DNA of 64,000 nucleotides from an uncultured virus (IMG/VR IMGVR_UViG_3300035698_035315) (Duplodnaviria > Heunggongvirae > Uroviricota > Caudoviricetes), in the IMG/VR virus record IMGVR_UViG_3300035698_035315, positions 1 through 64,000 of that record; one strand, written 5' to 3'. A program made the translations under genes and the position numbers. The notes below the pieces were generated by a model. It was not told the origin of the DNA and did no database searches. It saw only the letters and a list, made by a program, of their open reading frames with translations. This document shows positions 59,184 through 64,000 of the stretch, piece by piece. Each line of letters begins with the position of its first letter. Position 1 is the stretch's first letter.

Positions 59184-59648
59184 ATGTCAGAACACGAACG
59201 TATGATTGGATTGTTGTTGAGTAATCCGACTATTTTGGGAAAAGCGTTAGATTTTCCAAAGGTTTGGATACGTTGCAAAGAATATATAATTGATCCGGTT
59301 ACACAAGAGAAAGCGGACTTGATATTTCAGAACAAGTATAATGCTTATCGTGCCGAACTTGATACAGTTTGTTTTGTAGTAGAGTTGAAGAGTGATCAGG
59401 CCGATCATGAGGTAGTTGGTCAGCTTCAGAAAGCAGTTGATCTTATGGCCAAGACTGGGCCGCGAATAGGCCATTGGTATGACACCAAGGGTATAGCCAT
59501 TGCTAAACAGTATACAGCTAGTGGGTTGCGCTTGCTTCATAATGCGGGTTTTCGTGCGTTTTTATGGGGAGAGTCGGAAGAATCAGGTGTTTTTCTTAGA
59601 GAGCTTAGTTCTAAGAAACGCAAGAAAAAATCGTTTGCGGTAACATAG
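59184..59648 (+). CDS. PD-(D/E)xK (NucS-like) nuclease domain protein
   Basis: EY..ADL..VVELK..VGQL..GIAIA. Confidence 0.7.
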   Translation: MSEHERMIGLLLSNPTILGKALDFPKVWIRCKEYIIDPVTQEKADLIFQNKYNAYRAELDTVCFVVELKSDQADHEVVGQLQKAVDLMAKTGPRIGHWYDTKGIAIAKQYTASGLRLLHNAGFRAFLWGESEESGVFLRELSSKKRKKKSFAVT

Positions 59649-59682
59649 CAATTTGAATTATTTGTTACCAAGGAGTCAAGTA

Positions 59683-60105
59683 ATGAATTGCAAAAAATTG
59701 GCACAGGAGTTAGTGAGGCTTGCAAAGGTTTTGATAAGTGAGGATGATGGATTTATGGATAGCGAGGCTTATCTTTCTCAGGACGATGTTGATCTTGCGA
59801 TTGGCCAGCAGTTTGTTGCGAGCATGAATGACCGTGATTATTTGACTTTTGAAGAAGTAAAAGTTCTTTGTGTTTCATGTGCTGACAAGATGAAAGAAGC
59901 CGGCGTAACACGAATCAAGAAGTCGAGTTTTTCTCGTGTTGCCAAAATGACTTGGGATGAATGTATTGCTGAGGCAAAAGCTACTGGCAAGACCAACCCC
60001 GAGGCTTTTTGTGGATGGCTTCGTGCTTATGGACCACATGGAACGGTAAAGCCTTCGAAGCCTGGCAAAGTCCCAAAGGGGTATCATCCACAAAAGGGGA
60101 AGTAA
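59683..60105 (+). CDS. leader-motif protein with CxxC module; paralog of 16333..16725
   Basis: MNCKKLAQELVRLAK; YLTFEEVKVLCVSCADKM; PEAFCGWL. Confidence 0.75.
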   Translation: MNCKKLAQELVRLAKVLISEDDGFMDSEAYLSQDDVDLAIGQQFVASMNDRDYLTFEEVKVLCVSCADKMKEAGVTRIKKSSFSRVAKMTWDECIAEAKATGKTNPEAFCGWLRAYGPHGTVKPSKPGKVPKGYHPQKGK

Positions 60106-60106
60106 A

Positions 60107-60403
60107 ATGAACGGAAAGCAAGTAGCACAACAATTAGTAAGATTAGCAAAAGAGCTTTCTTCTGCTAGAGAGACAAAGCTTCAGAAAGAAGTAGCGAAGC
60201 GGATTGATAAAGCCTATGAGTTGATATATCAAGCAGACATTCTTTTGAGTAATTGTTATGAAGGTGACAAGAGTAGCCCAAATGACAAAGCTGTAAAAGA
60301 GATAAGGTTTGGGGTTTTGCGTCCTGCATTGAAAGAGATGGGTTCTCTCGGTTGGTCCAAACCACTTTCAAGTGTGACTTTTGTGCCTGAAAAGTTTAGG
60401 TAA
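60107..60403 (+). CDS. leader-motif protein
   Basis: MNGKQVAQQLVRLAKEL. Confidence 0.72.
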   Translation: MNGKQVAQQLVRLAKELSSARETKLQKEVAKRIDKAYELIYQADILLSNCYEGDKSSPNDKAVKEIRFGVLRPALKEMGSLGWSKPLSSVTFVPEKFR

Positions 60404-60465
60404 TCTTCAGCCATTGTGGTTTGAAGAAAAAACTGGTTGAAGGGAAAGAGAAACAGGAGTGAAAA

Positions 60466-60711
60466 ATGGCTTACAGTAAATCGTATCAGACAGTAGTAGC
60501 AGGTCGTGTTCGTGAGGACGAGATGCCTTTTTTCCGTCAGAACCGGATTGCGGCGCCGCCTAACACGTTCATAATTTCAAGTATTGGCGGGCAGAAGCAG
60601 CCTACAATTACACTTACTCCTTTGGAAGACGTGAATGTAGGCAAGAAAGACAATCGCACTCAGGGTGATAATGCCTATTTACCCGGCTCCTACAACTGCA
60701 TCTCGCAATAA
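60466..60711 (+). CDS. hypothetical protein
   Basis: AGGAG SD; 81 aa. Confidence 0.6.
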   Translation: MAYSKSYQTVVAGRVREDEMPFFRQNRIAAPPNTFIISSIGGQKQPTITLTPLEDVNVGKKDNRTQGDNAYLPGSYNCISQ

Positions 60712-60800
60712 TTATGCTATATTGTGGATTGTTTAGGACGCAGATTGTCCGATTTTGCATTTGTGTAAAGCCGGCATAAGGAACAGATAGGAGGATTGTT

Positions 60801-61172
60801 ATGACTGGAATCAACAATTGGGAATATGCAAAGTGGGCGATTGTTATTGGGCGTTCTTTGCGCTTCAATCCGCCCGTTGCAAATAGTGTAGAGTACAACA
60901 CCGTTTTGAGTTTCATTGGTTCTGTTACGAACATAAGTCGTCAATGGCTTAAAGAGAGTGTGTATTGGAAAATGCGTACTCCTAATGTCAATTACAACAT
61001 TACTCCAAATGATTTAGGTGAAGCAGTTGTGTCAATTGGTCGCGACATGATGAAGATACCGGTTAGAGATGCCGTTGAAAGAACATGGGTTCAATGGTTG
61101 ATTATAGCTACTGGTAATCGTCGTTATGGGGCCAAGGGCAATACGATTGGTTCCAAAGTAACGGTGCCCTAA
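60801..61172 (+). CDS. hypothetical protein
   Basis: AGGAGG SD; 123 aa. Confidence 0.65.
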   Translation: MTGINNWEYAKWAIVIGRSLRFNPPVANSVEYNTVLSFIGSVTNISRQWLKESVYWKMRTPNVNYNITPNDLGEAVVSIGRDMMKIPVRDAVERTWVQWLIIATGNRRYGAKGNTIGSKVTVP

Positions 61173-61207
61173 TCTTAGCAAACAGTAATGAAAACAGGAG
61201 GAAAAGG

Positions 61208-62023
61208 ATGAGAACGCGGAAGTCGTCTAAGGCGGAATTATATCGTGTTGCAAAGTTTATGGTTGGTGAAGAACAATACGATACGCAAGATGAAATCAAA
61301 TGGCTGACTCCTAATGGTTCAGTTATAACAGCTTCAATCTCGAAGAAGGCAAGGCAAGTAGTTGCCGGTATGTTTGGCAAGACGGCAGCACGGCCTACTC
61401 CAATTGCTTTACGCAAGCCTGAAAAAGTCAAAGCGTTGATGAAGAAGTCGGGTTTTGCTTTGTTAGAGGATGGTTCGGTTGCTTTTTGGCCGATGGTTCC
61501 GTGGGGGCCAATTCCTGATTATCGCAAGAAACCACGTAGGTTAGCGGGTGGTTTTCCTGAAGGCGACAGAGCTTGCATGTATGCGATAAATGGAAATGAC
61601 GAGAAAGTAGTTCTATACAAGGCGCTGCTTGATAAGTTGATTCGTTTTAATAGGTCATTGAAAGCTGCCGGTAGTGGTGTTGTTTCGGAAGAAGAAGCTG
61701 TTAGTGATGCTACTGATTCATTTGATGGCTTGTTTGGCGAAGCAAAGACAAAGAATCCTTATATGAGTCCTCGTTTCAGGAAGCCGCGTAAAGAGATTGG
61801 CAATGAGCTTATTGCAATGCGCTCAGACGTTGAAAGCGGCAAGTTTGATGTAGCTATGAAGCGTTTTGGCAAGCTTGAAGAGCTTGTGTTTGTTGCATTG
61901 CAAGTTTGGGAAGGTCAGAGTGAAGCTTTGACCAAACGTAGACAGCTTATGCGTACTATCATGAACGCATTTGCTAAGAATCGCGAGGAAATCATTCAGG
62001 CTCTAGCTACTGCTAAAGTGTAA
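61208..62023 (+). CDS. hypothetical protein
   Basis: AGGAGG SD; 271 aa; KAELYRVAK is a partial leader match. Confidence 0.7.
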   Translation: MRTRKSSKAELYRVAKFMVGEEQYDTQDEIKWLTPNGSVITASISKKARQVVAGMFGKTAARPTPIALRKPEKVKALMKKSGFALLEDGSVAFWPMVPWGPIPDYRKKPRRLAGGFPEGDRACMYAINGNDEKVVLYKALLDKLIRFNRSLKAAGSGVVSEEEAVSDATDSFDGLFGEAKTKNPYMSPRFRKPRKEIGNELIAMRSDVESGKFDVAMKRFGKLEELVFVALQVWEGQSEALTKRRQLMRTIMNAFAKNREEIIQALATAKV

Positions 62024-62105
62024 TTATACGTGGGGAGAACTCATTTTACGATGGGTTTTTCCCCATAACTAACTCAATTCACCTCTTGTAGTAAGCCGGA
62101 TAACA

Positions 62106-64000
62106 ATGCCAGCAAGACGTTGCACCTCAGAGTCATGTTTGTTGGAAGCGGCTCACAAGAGTCGTCTTTTTTCTTTAGAACTTCCTGTTGCTGACATTTT
62201 ACACAATCCGCAACGGGAATGGTTGATTCGTTCGTTGGGCAATCGAAAGCGTGTAGCATCTGATCGTAAGATCTCGGTTGATTGGAAAAAGTTCAACGTA
62301 GAAGACTATTTTTTCACTCATTGTACAATCGTTTGTTCGGTTGTCACAGCTTCAAACGGGTACTACATAGAGCCTCCTTGTGATGAGCTTGTGAACAACA
62401 ATGGAAATGCTTGGAATAACGAAGTTTTGTTATCCACGTTTAGGTCATTTGTTGGGGCTGAGAACTATTTTGAACACATGCAGGCGCCTGAGCTTTCTAA
62501 AGGAAAGATTTTAGATGCGGTTATACGCCCAGTAAACTATAAGGGCAAGAATGGCAAAACAGCCGATATTTACTATACAGATATTTTGGTAGCAACTGAC
62601 CGCAAGCACATTGATTTGGTAGAGCGGATTGAGAAAGGCGAGTTGAATACATTATCCATGGGCTGTTTTGAAGCTGGTACTTTGGTAACTATGGCTAATG
62701 GCACTCGTAAGCCTATTGAGACTATAGAAAAAGGCGAGCGAGTAATTAGTCATCGTGGTTATGCAAGAGAAGTATTGCGTCCAATTAAAACGCAATGGCT
62801 TGGCGATATGTACAAGGTTCATGTTGAAGGAAGACCTGAGCCGATAGTTTGTACTGGGAATCATAAGTTTTGGTCATGGCAAAGACCTCCGTATTGTGCC
62901 TGTGGTTGTGGGGAATCTTTGCCTGATGCGAGTGTTTGGAATAAGCGAAAAAGTTTGAAAACGTCATTTGTAAATGGCCATAGAATGCGTGTTTTGAATC
63001 CGATGGTTGAATATAGTGTAAGTGAGAAAGAACGACGGCTGGCGATTTTGGACGAGGCGGCGCAACCGCATTTTGAATGGAAGGAAGCTCGCGGTCTTGA
63101 GGCAGGAGCCTATCTTACAATTCCAAGTGAATACTCGATTGGCTCAGAAGATGTTTCTGTTGCTCGTGCTCGTTTGTTGGGTCTTTATTTGGCAGAGGGT
63201 TCAATAAACAACTGTGGTGGCTATAAATCAGTTGGGTTTACTTATTCACTCTATGAGAAAGATACTCTTGCTCAAGAGACAAAAGAACTGCTTGCTAAAG
63301 AGTTTGGAGTCGAATCATCAGTTTATGAACGAAGTGACAGAAATACGTGTGAAACCAGAACACACAAGAATGATTTTGTTACAGAATGGTTTCAAAGTCA
63401 TGGCGGGCATTATTCTTGGGCTAAGGCTATTACTGAGGGTGTATTGCATTGGCCGCTTGATGCGTTACGAGCACTTGTCGGTGGATGGCTTGATGGTGAT
63501 GGGTGTATGCATGAGGGCGGTCGTAAACGAATTATAGGTGTTACTGTTAGTGCTGACTTGGCGAGTCAGATAAGTCTTATTTTGGCTCGTTTGGGAATCT
63601 ATCATACGTGGAATGTGAAGGATGAATATGAGTCTGTTGAAAATGGAGTTATTGTTCCGCATCGTAAAAGCCACTATATTACAATTCCTTCAAGTGTTGT
63701 TCATTTAGTAACACCATTTACAATGCGGTGGAATGATGGTGACCCAAGGCCAATTCACTCGCGTTGTCATATTCAGCCATCTTCAGAGAACGTAGTTGTG
63801 CGCGTGAAGAAGGTTGAACAGTTACGTCCGATACATGATGATAATGAACTATCGACAGTATATTGTCTTGAAGTTGAAGAAGAGCATAGTCTGTTAGTTG
63901 GTGGTAGTGTAGGAGTTCAGAACTGCGTCGCCCATTGGGTTACATGTAGTAAATGTGGCAAAGAGATAGCTGATGAGAAAGACAATTGTGAGCATATCAA
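62106..64000 (+). CDS. prohead (capsid maturation) protease with intein, 3'-truncated; absent from the ORF track
   Basis: Own translation: MPARRC..NRKRVAS..NNNGNAW..FVGAENYFEH..SKGKILDA..LSMG|intein|CVAHWVTCSKCG..CEH; no stop seen before the window end. Confidence 0.8.
   Translation, partial: MPARRCTSESCLLEAAHKSRLFSLELPVADILHNPQREWLIRSLGNRKRVASDRKISVDWKKFNVEDYFFTHCTIVCSVVTASNGYYIEPPCDELVNNNGNAWNNEVLLSTFRSFVGAENYFEHMQAPELSKGKILDAVIRPVNYKGKNGKTADIYYTDILVATDRKHIDLVERIEKGELNTLSMGCFEAGTLVTMANGTRKPIETIEKGERVISHRGYAREVLRPIKTQWLGDMYKVHVEGRPEPIVCTGNHKFWSWQRPPYCACGCGESLPDASVWNKRKSLKTSFVNGHRMRVLNPMVEYSVSEKERRLAILDEAAQPHFEWKEARGLEAGAYLTIPSEYSIGSEDVSVARARLLGLYLAEGSINNCGGYKSVGFTYSLYEKDTLAQETKELLAKEFGVESSVYERSDRNTCETRTHKNDFVTEWFQSHGGHYSWAKAITEGVLHWPLDALRALVGGWLDGDGCMHEGGRKRIIGVTVSADLASQISLILARLGIYHTWNVKDEYESVENGVIVPHRKSHYITIPSSVVHLVTPFTMRWNDGDPRPIHSRCHIQPSSENVVVRVKKVEQLRPIHDDNELSTVYCLEVEEEHSLLVGGSVGVQNCVAHWVTCSKCGKEIADEKDNCEHI
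62664..63923 (+). mobile_element. protease intein (420 aa, LAGLIDADG) ending QN
   Basis: SMG|CFEAGTLV..CTGNHKF..LLGLYLAEG..LVGGWLDGDG..VYCLEV..GVQN|C. Confidence 0.9.

Overview
This 64 kb window is part of a large tailed dsDNA bacteriophage genome. Every credible gene is on the + strand, with bacterial Shine-Dalgarno sites and extended -10 promoters. From 1 to 16 kb it carries HRxDGPA-repeat proteins, RNA repair genes (Rnl1-type ligase, RtcB, metallophosphoesterase), NAD genes (macrodomain, SLOG, PncB, T2SSE_N-NadE fusion), six intact tRNA genes plus tRNA relics, and a LAGLIDADG endonuclease cassette that splits a tRNA-Leu gene. From 16 to 39 kb it carries an SNF2 helicase, ferritin-like, WGR, GT2, radical SAM, AAA, vWA-peptidase, SPFH and NusG-like genes, and a TnpB-only IS200/IS605 element. 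From 39.8 to 64 kb is a head morphogenesis region: terminase (1 intein), portal (2 inteins), prohead protease (1 intein, truncated by the window end) and a topoisomerase IB fusion. The most striking unexplained signal is a ~19-aa leader, M(N/D)xK(R/K/Q)(V/L/I)AxELV(K/R)LA(K/R), shared by 8 mostly unrelated proteins; it is a candidate capsid-addressing and processing system. All assignments come from reading motifs by eye; no database searches were run.
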